Source: Solirubrobacteraceae bacterium (GTDB taxonomy: Bacteria; Actinomycetota; Thermoleophilia; Solirubrobacterales; Solirubrobacteraceae). Taken from it: DNA of 64,000 nucleotides. Below the pieces are notes generated by a model, which had not been told where the DNA came from, searched no databases, and worked only from the letters and a program-made list of their open reading frames with translations. The DNA lies in the NCBI GenBank assembly GCA_035485155.1, contig DATHOH010000029.1:23760-87759 (forward strand). Direction: 5' to 3'. Shown here piece after piece: positions 50,235 through 58,682 of the stretch (positions are counted from its first letter, which is position 1; each line of letters opens with the position of its first letter). Position numbers and translations under genes: made by a program.

Positions 50235-50999
50235 CTACTGGCCCGCGGCGCGGCGGTAGCGCGCCACGGCCAGCGGCGCGAACACGGCGACGATCGCCAG
50301 CGACCATGCGACCGCGGCCCAGGAGTTGGTGGGCTCAGGCGCACCGAGCCACAGGTGACGGATGGCGTCGACGACGATCGTGAACGGGTTGACTTCGGCG
50401 AATTGCCGCAGTCCTTCGGGCATCGACGCGACTGGCACGAACGCCGAGGAGATGAACGTCAGCGGGAAGACCGCGATGAAGCCGACCGAGTTGACCGATT
50501 CGGGCGAGGAGACGAGCAGGCCGAGGAACGCGAGAAACCAGGAGAAGGCGTAGCCGAACAGCAGCAGCAGTGCGATGCCGGCGACGACGTGCGCGAAGCT
50601 CGCGTGGAAGCTGAAGCCGATGATCACGCCCGTGATCAGCAGGATCGTCATCGACAGCGCGTTGGTCACGACGTCGGACAGCGTGCGGCCCCCGAGCACC
50701 GCGGCGCGTGCCATCGGCAGCGATCGGAAGCGATCGATCAGGCCCTTGCGCACGTCCTCGTTGAGGCCGAGCGCGGTGGCGAAGCCGCCGAAGGCGGTGT
50801 TCTGAACGATGATCCCCGGGATCAGGAAGTCGACGTAGGTGTAGCCCGGCGTGCTGATCGCGCCGCCGAACACGTACCGGAACAGCAGCACGAACATGAT
50901 CGGCTGCACGGTGAAGCCGATCAGCAGTTCGGGAGCGCGAGGCAGCCGGATGAGGTTGCGCTCGGCGATGATCAGCGTGTCGGTGACGAGACGTCTCAC
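50235..50999 (-). CDS. ABC-2 transporter permease (DrrB-like)
   Basis: QPIMFVLLFRYVFGG, GLIDRFRSLP, FISSAFVP. Confidence 0.92.
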   Translation of the reverse strand: MRRLVTDTLIIAERNLIRLPRAPELLIGFTVQPIMFVLLFRYVFGGAISTPGYTYVDFLIPGIIVQNTAFGGFATALGLNEDVRKGLIDRFRSLPMARAAVLGGRTLSDVVTNALSMTILLITGVIIGFSFHASFAHVVAGIALLLLFGYAFSWFLAFLGLLVSSPESVNSVGFIAVFPLTFISSAFVPVASMPEGLRQFAEVNPFTIVVDAIRHLWLGAPEPTNSWAAVAWSLAIVAVFAPLAVARYRRAAGQ

Positions 51000-51985
51000 G
51001 CGGCCCGCTCCTGCTCTGGCTGCTCGTCGCCGTCCTCGGGGAGTTCGGCGGCGTGACCGGTCAACGCGAGGAAGACGTCATCGAGCGTCGGCCGGCGCAG
51101 CGTCAGGTCGTCCACTCCGACGCCCGCCTCACTGAGCAGGTGCACCGCTTCGACGATCGCGCCGGTGCGCTCGCGTACGTTGACCTTGATGATCGGTCCC
51201 GCTTCGAGGCTGGGCGGATCGTCGGACATCGGCGTGAGTGCGCGCAGCGCCACGTCGGGGTCGCCGCCGGGCTCGAGGCGGATCTCCAGGCGCTCGCCGC
51301 CGAGGCGGTCCTTGAGCACGTCAGAGGTGCCCTCAGCGATCAGACGGCCGTGGTCGATGACGGCGATCGTGTCAGCGAGGCGGTCCGCCTCGTCCAGGTA
51401 CTGGGTGGTCAGCAGCGCGGTGGTGCCTTCGGCGACGAGCGCTTCGAGCACCTCCCACAGGCTCAGGCGGCTGCGCGGGTCCAGGCCGGTCGTCGGCTCG
51501 TCCAGGAACAGCACCGGTGGCCGCGCGACGAGCGCGGCGGCGAGATCGAGACGGCGGCGCATGCCGCCCGAGTAGGTCTTGGTCGGGCGTCCGGCGGCGT
51601 CGACGAGGTCGAAGCGCTCGAGCAGCTCCACGCCGCGGGCCTTGGCGCGCTTGCGGCTGAACCCGTACAGCCGTCCGACCATCGTCAGGTTCTCGAGGCC
51701 GGTGAGGTTTTCATCGACCGCCGCATACTGGCCGGCCAGGCCGATCCGTTCGCGCACGGCCGCCGCGTCGCGCTCGACATCCAAGCCCAATACGCGTGCC
51801 GTACCGGCGTCCGCCTTCAGCAGCGTCGCGAGCACGCGCACGAGCGTCGTCTTGCCGGCGCCGTTGGGGCCGAGCAGGCCGACCATCTGCCCGTGCTCCG
51901 CGATCAGGTCGACGCCGTCGAGCGCACGCACCTCGCCGAAGCGCTTGACCAACCCCTGCACTTCGATTGCCGGACCGTCGCTCAT
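50996..51985 (-). CDS. ABC transporter ATP-binding protein (DrrA-like)
   Basis: GPNGAGKT, YSGGMRRRLDL, LFLDEPTTGLDP. Confidence 0.94.
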   Translation of the reverse strand: MSDGPAIEVQGLVKRFGEVRALDGVDLIAEHGQMVGLLGPNGAGKTTLVRVLATLLKADAGTARVLGLDVERDAAAVRERIGLAGQYAAVDENLTGLENLTMVGRLYGFSRKRAKARGVELLERFDLVDAAGRPTKTYSGGMRRRLDLAAALVARPPVLFLDEPTTGLDPRSRLSLWEVLEALVAEGTTALLTTQYLDEADRLADTIAVIDHGRLIAEGTSDVLKDRLGGERLEIRLEPGGDPDVALRALTPMSDDPPSLEAGPIIKVNVRERTGAIVEAVHLLSEAGVGVDDLTLRRPTLDDVFLALTGHAAELPEDGDEQPEQERAA

Positions 51986-51996
51986 GGTCCGCCAGC

Positions 51997-53376
51997 TTAG
52001 TGGCGGCGCGGCCTCGCTCTGACGACGTGCACGGGGTGGACCAATGGGAGCGACTCGCCGCGCGCGGGCTTTCCGATGAACCCGGCGCCGATGATCACCG
52101 ATTCGTGGCCGTGGCCGGTCGAGCTCCCGGCGAAGCGGCGGCTCGCGTTCATGTAGCGGACCTGGAATTCGTCGATCGAGGTGCAGTTGAAGAGGCCGGA
52201 GGAGACCGTCCTCACCGTTTGGCCGCGCGCGACGTCCTCGTTGAGCGACCAGCCGCTGGGGCGGGCGTTCTTGCACGTCGATCCTGCTTCGACTTCATAT
52301 TCGCTGCCCGCGCTCGTGATCGCATAGGGAGCCTTGAATTCCACCTCCGCCCGGTAGCAGGGGATCAGCAGGAAGGCAGCGCGACACTTCGCCTGCGACT
52401 GTGCCACCGCTTTCACGCGCACGGGCAGGTGCAGGCTGCGGGTCGGGGGCCCGAACGCGCTCTGCGGCGGTGGCGGCGGCGTGGGGCAGCGTTTGGCTCC
52501 CGGAGGGATGCTGCCGATCGAGCAGACCAGCGCACCGAAACGAAAGGTCACCGTCCGCACCATGTCGAACCGTTCCGGGCCGGGCTCGCCGCTGACCTCG
52601 TCTCCTGAGATGAAGCCGCCGCTGAAGCCGCCGAGCACTATCGGGGGAACGACCGGTCCGATCGGCTGGACGATCATGTAGGCGCCGGTTCCGCGGCTGA
52701 CCGGGACCGTGCGAGTGCCGGCGCCGGTGCTAGTGCGGTAGCTGACGCTCACGGCGTGCGGACCGAGCACGCCGAAGGAGATCGCGCGCAGGTCCCGAGC
52801 AGGTTTGGCCTTCCTCGGGCCCACCATCCATTCCGCGTTGCGATCCTGGGTCGGCTGGCTGCCCATCAGCGTTTCCCCGGGGAGCACACAGCTGATGTCG
52901 GCGTAGCCGCCGCCGTACTCGGGAAGGACGTCCGGCGAGAGCGGATGGAAGCGGCCGTCGTCATGGAACGCACCGTCGATACCGAGCTGGCCGATCTGGC
53001 CGTCGTGGACCCGCCCGATCTGCACGCAGAGCTCTCCGCGGGTGGTGTGCACGAGCTGTATCGCCCACGGCAGGCCGCCTTCGGGGTCGGCCGTGATCGC
53101 CGCCAGCTGCGAGCCGCCGGCGGCGACGGGGACGCCGCTGCCGGAGGTCGGGGTGGGCGTTCCCGCGGGGTCTTTGACGGGACTGCCGTTCAGCAAGCCC
53201 GTCGCCGCGACGGCTATCGCGCCGCCTCCCAGCACGAGCGCCACGGCGATAACGGCCGCGTTCAGTCGGCGAGCGAGCCACGCGCGCACGCTCCGCGGCG
53301 CGCCGTCGCCGTTGTGCCGGCGCCGGCGTGCGGCGGCGGTGAGGCTCTCGCCGAGGAAGCTGTAGGGGTCGGTCAT
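51997..53376 (-). CDS. Putative membrane anti-sigma factor with Cys-rich extracytoplasmic domain
   Basis: Short basic N-terminus, one TM helix, 8 Cys outside; ATGA-coupled to ECF sigma. Confidence 0.7.
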   Translation of the reverse strand: MTDPYSFLGESLTAAARRRRHNGDGAPRSVRAWLARRLNAAVIAVALVLGGGAIAVAATGLLNGSPVKDPAGTPTPTSGSGVPVAAGGSQLAAITADPEGGLPWAIQLVHTTRGELCVQIGRVHDGQIGQLGIDGAFHDDGRFHPLSPDVLPEYGGGYADISCVLPGETLMGSQPTQDRNAEWMVGPRKAKPARDLRAISFGVLGPHAVSVSYRTSTGAGTRTVPVSRGTGAYMIVQPIGPVVPPIVLGGFSGGFISGDEVSGEPGPERFDMVRTVTFRFGALVCSIGSIPPGAKRCPTPPPPPQSAFGPPTRSLHLPVRVKAVAQSQAKCRAAFLLIPCYRAEVEFKAPYAITSAGSEYEVEAGSTCKNARPSGWSLNEDVARGQTVRTVSSGLFNCTSIDEFQVRYMNASRRFAGSSTGHGHESVIIGAGFIGKPARGESLPLVHPVHVVRARPRRH

Positions 53377-53915
53377 GCGCTCTCCTTGATGCTTCGTCTG
53401 AGGGCCGCGAGGCCGCGCGATACGCGCTTGCGGACCACCTGCTCTGAGCGCCCGATCTGTGTCGCGATCGCTGCGTAGGGCTGCTCCTCGAGGACGCGCC
53501 CTTCGATCGCCTGGCGCTGCTCGATCGGCAGCTCGGCGAGCGCGCGCTGGAGGTCGGACTCGCTGGTGCGCTCGATCAGCTCGAGCTGGGCATCCTCGAC
53601 GAGGACGCGCTCCATCCCGAGCCGGCGCCGTGACTCGTCGGCGACGCGACCGCGGCGGGCAGCGTCGACGAGCACGTGGTGGGCGATGCCGAGCAGCCAG
53701 CTGATGGCCGAGCCCCGCTGCGGGTCGAACTGCTCGCGGCGCTCGAGGGCACGCGCGAACGTCTCGGCGACCAGGTCGAGTACGAGGTCGGGGCGCGGAC
53801 CGACGCGCCGGCGCAGGTAGCCGCGGACGAGCGGGTAGCGCCGCTGGTAGAGCAGCCCGAACCCCTGGGCACCGCCCTTGACCAGCAATTCCTCGTCGCT
53901 TTGCTCGGCCGACAT
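53373..53915 (-). CDS. ECF sigma-70 factor
   Basis: DLVAETFARA, WLLGIA, LPIEQR, VRKRVSRGL. Confidence 0.9.
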   Translation of the reverse strand: MSAEQSDEELLVKGGAQGFGLLYQRRYPLVRGYLRRRVGPRPDLVLDLVAETFARALERREQFDPQRGSAISWLLGIAHHVLVDAARRGRVADESRRRLGMERVLVEDAQLELIERTSESDLQRALAELPIEQRQAIEGRVLEEQPYAAIATQIGRSEQVVRKRVSRGLAALRRSIKESA

Positions 53916-53924
53916 CTTGGAGGT

Positions 53925-53953
53925 CTATACGAGTCGGACCATCCGTTTGTGAC
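53925..53953 (-). promoter_or_regulatory. Candidate ECF promoter GTCACA-N16-CGTATAG
   Basis: Minus strand reads GTCACA aacggatggtccgact CGTATAG acctccaag ATG. Confidence 0.5.
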
Positions 53954-53955
53954 GC

Positions 53956-54843
53956 CTACACCGACACGGCCGCGTCGACGCTCCCGCGCGACGCGCCCAC
54001 CGAGGCGATGACGACCAGCACGATCCCGAGCAGCGCGCGCGCTCCGAGCGCCTGCCCGAGGACGAAGAAGCCGGCGAGTGCAGCGACGGCCGGCTCGAGG
54101 CTCATCAGCACTCCGAACACAGGCGGCGCGATCCGGCGGAGCGCCTCGACCTCGCACGAATACGGGATCACCGACGAGAGGACTCCTACGGCCGCCCCGA
54201 GCGCAAGCAATTCTGGATCGAGAAGTTGGCTGCCCGCGTCGGCGATCCCGATGGGAAGCGCCGCGAGCGCCCCCACGCACAGCGCGAGCGTCAGACCGGT
54301 CGAGCCCTCGAAGACCCGCCCGAGCCGGGCGTTGAGGACGATGTAGGTGCCCCACAGGCCGCCGGCGATCAGCGCGAGCGCGACGCCGACGGCGTCCACT
54401 CCGTGCGCGGTGCCATGCGTCAGCGCGAGGATTCCGGCGGCGGCGAGCGCGACCCACAGCAGGTCGAGCCGACGTCGGGAGCCGGCCACGGCGACGGCGA
54501 GAGGGCCCACGAACTCGATCGCGACGGCGACCCCCAGCGGGATCCGGTCGATCGCCTCGTAGAAGCTGAGGTTCATGCCGGCGAGCACGAGCCCGAATCC
54601 ACCCGCGAGCAACAGCTGCTCGCGGGTTCGGCCGCGCAGCCGCGGACGCCAGAGCACCAGCAGGATGATCGCGGCGGAGGCAAGACGCAGGAACACCGTC
54701 CCGCCGGGGCTGAGCTGCCTGAACAGCGTCGCGGCGAGCGCCGAGCCGAACTGGACAGAGGCGATGGCGCCGACGACGAGCACGCCTGACGGGGCGCCTG
54801 CGAGCGGCCCCGCCCCGCTGGCGCGTGAGACGCTGGCGGGCAT
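53956..54843 (-). CDS. EamA/DMT-family exporter (RhtA-like)
   Basis: SVQFGSALA, RIPLGVAVAIEFVGPL, SSVIPYSCE, MSLEPAVAA. Confidence 0.92.
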   Translation of the reverse strand: MPASVSRASGAGPLAGAPSGVLVVGAIASVQFGSALAATLFRQLSPGGTVFLRLASAAIILLVLWRPRLRGRTREQLLLAGGFGLVLAGMNLSFYEAIDRIPLGVAVAIEFVGPLAVAVAGSRRRLDLLWVALAAAGILALTHGTAHGVDAVGVALALIAGGLWGTYIVLNARLGRVFEGSTGLTLALCVGALAALPIGIADAGSQLLDPELLALGAAVGVLSSVIPYSCEVEALRRIAPPVFGVLMSLEPAVAALAGFFVLGQALGARALLGIVLVVIASVGASRGSVDAAVSV

Positions 54844-54900
54844 GGCGCGATGCTAGAGGGCCTGGCCGCGCACCGCGCCTGGGCTAGGGTTCGAGCTGTT

Positions 54901-56133
54901 GTGAGCGACCGGCGCTTCGACCTGGTGTTGTTCGGGGCTACCAGCTTCGTAGGTCGCCTGACGGCGCTTTACCTGCGCGAGGCGGCTCCTGCCGGCGCCC
55001 GCATTGCGCTCGCGGGCCGCTCGCGCGAGAAGCTCGAGCAGCTGAAGCGCTCGCTAGGAGTGGAGGATTGGCCGGCGCTCGTCGCCGACTCCTTCGACGA
55101 GAGCTCGCTCGCGGAGCTCGCGAGGGACACCAGCGTGCTTGCCAGCACGGTCGGGCCCTACCGACGCTACGGAATACCCGTGGTCGCAGCGTGCGCCGAG
55201 GCGGGCACCCACTATGCGGACCTGACGGGGGAGGTCGTGTTCATGCGCGAGTCGATCGACCGCTTCGACGACCCTGCGCGTGCGTCGGGCGCGCGGATCG
55301 TGCACAGCTGCGGCTTTGACTCGATCCCGTCGGACCTGGGGGTGCTCCTCGCACACGAGGCCGCGACCGCGGACGGCGCCGGCGAGCTCGAGCAGACGAC
55401 GCTCGTCGTGCGGTCCTTCCGCGGTGGCCTCAGCGGCGGCACGTTCGCCTCGATGAAGGGCATGATCGAAGACCGCGCACGCGAGCCCGCGCTCGCACGC
55501 TTGATGGACGACCCCTACGCGCTGAGCCCCGACCGCGCCGCCGAGCCCGATCTCGGGCCGGAGCGCGACCTGACGGGCATCGAGCGCGATCAGCTCGTCG
55601 GCGGCTGGGTCGGGCCGTTCGTGATGGGGCCGCTGAACACCCGCGTCGTGCGCAGGAGCAACGCGTTGCGCGGGTGGGACTACGGACGTCGGATGCGCTA
55701 TCGCGAGGTGATGGGCTTCGGCAACGGCCCGTTGGCACCGGTGGCCGCGGCAGCGACGGTGGCCGGGCTGGGGGCGGTGCTGGCCGGACTCCAGTTTGGG
55801 CCTACCGAGGCTCTGCTCGACCGCGTGCTCCCCTCTCCCGGCGAGGGCCCGGGCGAGCGCAGCCGTGACCGCGGCCATTACCGCATCGAGACCCACGCCC
55901 GCACCTCCGGCGGTGCGCACTACGTATGCCGGATCGAGGCCGAGGGCGACCCCGGCTACAAGGCGACCTCGGTCATGTTCGGGGAGAGCGCCCTCGCGCT
56001 CGCCTTCGATCGAGACCGACTACCTGCGCGATCCGGCGTCCTGACGCCCGCCACGGCGTTCGGGTCCGCGCTGGTCGAGCGCCTGCGCAACGCGGGACAT
56101 ACCTACGAGGTGAGCGCCCGGCCCGGTGACTAG
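54901..56133 (+). CDS. Saccharopine-dehydrogenase-like trans-acting enoyl reductase family protein
   Basis: LVLFGATSFVG, STVGPY, YADLTGE, CGFDSIPSDLG, GVLTPA. Confidence 0.9.
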   Translation: MSDRRFDLVLFGATSFVGRLTALYLREAAPAGARIALAGRSREKLEQLKRSLGVEDWPALVADSFDESSLAELARDTSVLASTVGPYRRYGIPVVAACAEAGTHYADLTGEVVFMRESIDRFDDPARASGARIVHSCGFDSIPSDLGVLLAHEAATADGAGELEQTTLVVRSFRGGLSGGTFASMKGMIEDRAREPALARLMDDPYALSPDRAAEPDLGPERDLTGIERDQLVGGWVGPFVMGPLNTRVVRRSNALRGWDYGRRMRYREVMGFGNGPLAPVAAAATVAGLGAVLAGLQFGPTEALLDRVLPSPGEGPGERSRDRGHYRIETHARTSGGAHYVCRIEAEGDPGYKATSVMFGESALALAFDRDRLPARSGVLTPATAFGSALVERLRNAGHTYEVSARPGD

Positions 56134-56969
56134 GCGTTCTCGAGCACGAACCGCAGATAGGTGACGCTGCCGTCGGCGAAGGCGCGGAAGATCGTGGTGT
56201 CCTCGATCCCCCAGTACTCGTACGCGTAGCGTCGAAGCGGCTTCGGCATGCGCGGATCGACCCTCGCGCGCACTGCAGGCGTGGCGAGCGAGCGCGCGCG
56301 GAGGACCTCGGCGGTGATGTCCTGTTCCTCGACAGTCCGCAGTCCCGCTTCCCCGAGCTGCCGGCGCAGCACCTCGATGTCGCGCGGGAAGGGGTCCTCA
56401 GGCGATGGATGAGTGGGCCTGAAGTCTGCGAATAGGAACAGCCCGCCGGGTCTCAGAACGCGATGTACCTCGCCCAGGAACCGCGGCATGTCTGAATAGC
56501 AGTGCGATGACTCGACGTTGATCACGGCATCGAACGCGTCAGCCGCGAACGGCAGGCGCTGGGCATCGCCGGTTCGGAACGTCAGCCCGGGACGCCCGTG
56601 GCTTTGCCGGCAGCGCTCGATCGCCGTGCCGGCGAGATCCACCGCGGTCAACGAGCTCGGCTGGAAACGCTCAAAGACGAACGCCGAGCCCCCGCCGCGG
56701 CCGCACCCCACCTCGAGCGCCTGCTTGCCAGCGAGCTCGCCGGCCCCGGCGACGGCGGCATACAGCGCCATGCCGAGCTCATCCTCACCCTCGCCGGGCG
56801 TGGTCTCACCCGGCGCCGCGTAGCCGTAGTTGAGCAGCGTGACGCTGCTCTCGTTGCCCCTGCGGCTGGTGAGCTCGTAGAAGCTGCGCCACAACAGCGT
56901 CTCCACGGGCGCGCGCAGCGCCGGGACGGCGCGCAGAAGCGCGCGAATCCCTGCTCGTAGCGGCCGCAC
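56130..56969 (-). CDS. Class I SAM methyltransferase, phthiotriol-methyltransferase-like
   Basis: LNYGY, LEVGCGRGGG, GDAQRLPF, INVESSHCY, VLRPGG; start uncertain. Confidence 0.85.
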   Translation of the reverse strand: MRPLRAGIRALLRAVPALRAPVETLLWRSFYELTSRRGNESSVTLLNYGYAAPGETTPGEGEDELGMALYAAVAGAGELAGKQALEVGCGRGGGSAFVFERFQPSSLTAVDLAGTAIERCRQSHGRPGLTFRTGDAQRLPFAADAFDAVINVESSHCYSDMPRFLGEVHRVLRPGGLFLFADFRPTHPSPEDPFPRDIEVLRRQLGEAGLRTVEEQDITAEVLRARSLATPAVRARVDPRMPKPLRRYAYEYWGIEDTTIFRAFADGSVTYLRFVLENA

Positions 56970-57093
56970 GCGCCGCCGTGACCGGACGCCCCCTGGAGTC
57001 ACATCGCAGACGATACACCTCGATCGCACAACGGTTGCCTTGTCGCGGCCTCCCGGGCGGGCGCGCCCTCCTGGCCCCTGACATGCTTGGTGC

Positions 57094-57288
57094 ATGTCCG
57101 AGCGGGAGGGACGCGCGCCGCACCCGAAGGGGGGCGATCCGAACACGAAGTCCGTGAGCCTGTCGCTGACGGCGAGCGAGTGGCGCGAGCTGCGGCTGCG
57201 AGCGGCCAGAGACGCCACGAGCGTGCACGACATCATCGTCAGGATCGTTCGCCTCGAGCTCGAGGAGACGATCAGGCGGGAGCTGTGA
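57094..57288 (+). CDS. Small ribbon-helix-helix-like protein
   Basis: KSVSLSLT strand, then SEWRELRLRAA and SVHDIIVRIV helices. Confidence 0.5.
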   Translation: MSEREGRAPHPKGGDPNTKSVSLSLTASEWRELRLRAARDATSVHDIIVRIVRLELEETIRREL

Positions 57289-57294
57289 AACGGG

Positions 57295-57948
57295 CTACGC
57301 GACCGTCGCCCGGCCGGCGGCACGTCCGCCGGCCGCCTGGACGATCAGCTGGGCGGCGTGCTCGGGCGAGAGCTGGTCGGTGTTGATGACCAGGTCGTAG
57401 TGCGTCGGCAGCTCGGCGCTGATGCCGTAAAAGCGCTTGATGTAGTCCGCGCGTCCGGCATCGGATTGCTTGACGGTGCGCGCCGCCTCCTTCTCGTCGA
57501 TGCCGAGGGTAGCCGCAAGCCGCTGCTCGCGTACCTGCGGCGAGGCCGTGACGAGCACCCGCAGCACGTCCTCGCGCTGGCCGAGCGCGATCGACGCCGC
57601 ATGCGAGACGATCACCGCGTTGCCGGCGTCGGCGACCTCCTCGATGACCGATCGGATCAGCCCTCTGAGCTCATCGCTCGCGGGTTCTCGCTCATTGAGG
57701 AGGTTCGGGGCGGGCACGTAACCCGGTGCGAAGCCCGCCGTCGCGAAGCCTTCGAGCAGGCTCATCACGCGGGACTTGCGGCGCTCGAGATCGGCAACGA
57801 CGTCTCGCTCGATCCCAGCCTCGGCCGCCGCGCGCGTCAGGATGTCCTCGTCGACGATGCGCGAGCCGAGCGATTTCGCCGCCAGCTGCGCGACCTCCTG
57901 CGCCCGTGCACCGTCCTGCCTGGCGACACATACCACCGTGCGCTCCAC
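57295..57948 (-). CDS. Cytidylate-kinase-like family protein
   Basis: VCVARQDGA, LRVLVTAS, SDAGRADYIKRFY, YDLVINTD. Confidence 0.85.
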   Translation of the reverse strand: MERTVVCVARQDGARAQEVAQLAAKSLGSRIVDEDILTRAAAEAGIERDVVADLERRKSRVMSLLEGFATAGFAPGYVPAPNLLNEREPASDELRGLIRSVIEEVADAGNAVIVSHAASIALGQREDVLRVLVTASPQVREQRLAATLGIDEKEAARTVKQSDAGRADYIKRFYGISAELPTHYDLVINTDQLSPEHAAQLIVQAAGGRAAGRATVA

Positions 57949-58057
57949 GCCGCAAGCGTACTGCCTTGGGCGGTAGGGTGCACGTGATCGGCGCTGCGGG
58001 TGCCAGGCCGTTTTTCGTCGGTCCGTTTTCCACCGCCATCGCGAAAGTTTGGAGATC

Positions 58058-58453
58058 ATGGATCCCGATCGTCTGAAGACCATCCCGCTGTTCTCGTCGC
58101 TCTCCGACCAAGCGCTCAAAACCTTGAGCGTGTTCTCGAGCGAGACGTCTGTCTCCGCCGGCAAGCGCCTCGTGCACGAAGGCGACTACTCCTACGAGCT
58201 GATCGTGATCGAGACGGGCACCGCCGACGTGCTCAAGGGCGGCGAGGTCGTCGGGTCGCTCGGTCCGGGTGACGTCTTCGGCGAGATGGGCATGCTCTCG
58301 GGCGGCAAGCGCACTGCCGATGTCGTCGCAACTTCCCCGATGCACCTGATCACCCTCAGCAAATGGGATCTCAAGCGGATCTCCGCCGAGATCAACGACC
58401 AGCTGCGGTCGCTCGTCGAGCAGCGCCAAGCGCTCGACGAGGAGCGCGCCTAG
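58058..58453 (+). CDS. Stand-alone cyclic-nucleotide-binding domain protein
   Basis: IPLFSSL, HEGD, LGPGDVFGEMGML...RTADV. Confidence 0.9.
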   Translation: MDPDRLKTIPLFSSLSDQALKTLSVFSSETSVSAGKRLVHEGDYSYELIVIETGTADVLKGGEVVGSLGPGDVFGEMGMLSGGKRTADVVATSPMHLITLSKWDLKRISAEINDQLRSLVEQRQALDEERA

Positions 58454-58610
58454 CCTTCGTCGCTGTCGAGCGCTCGCCCCGGCGCGGATCGGGGCCTAAA
58501 TGCGACTTCGCGACGGCACGGGCGAGGCGCCGTGCTATGACAAGAAGGACGCCGCCGGGACCCCGAACCGGAGGCAGACGAGCGACCCCCCATCGCCAAG
58601 GAGCGAGATC

Positions 58611-58682
58611 GTGAACAGGCCCGTTGTGATGTTCAGAACGATGCCGCGCGGCTACGCAGCGGCATCGGACGGTGAGTGCTGA
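58611..58682 (+). CDS. Candidate 23-aa leader peptide coupled to the MFS gene
   Basis: SD AAGGAG 7 nt before GTG; TGA overlaps MFS ATG (TGATG). Confidence 0.45.
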   Translation: MNRPVVMFRTMPRGYAAASDGEC

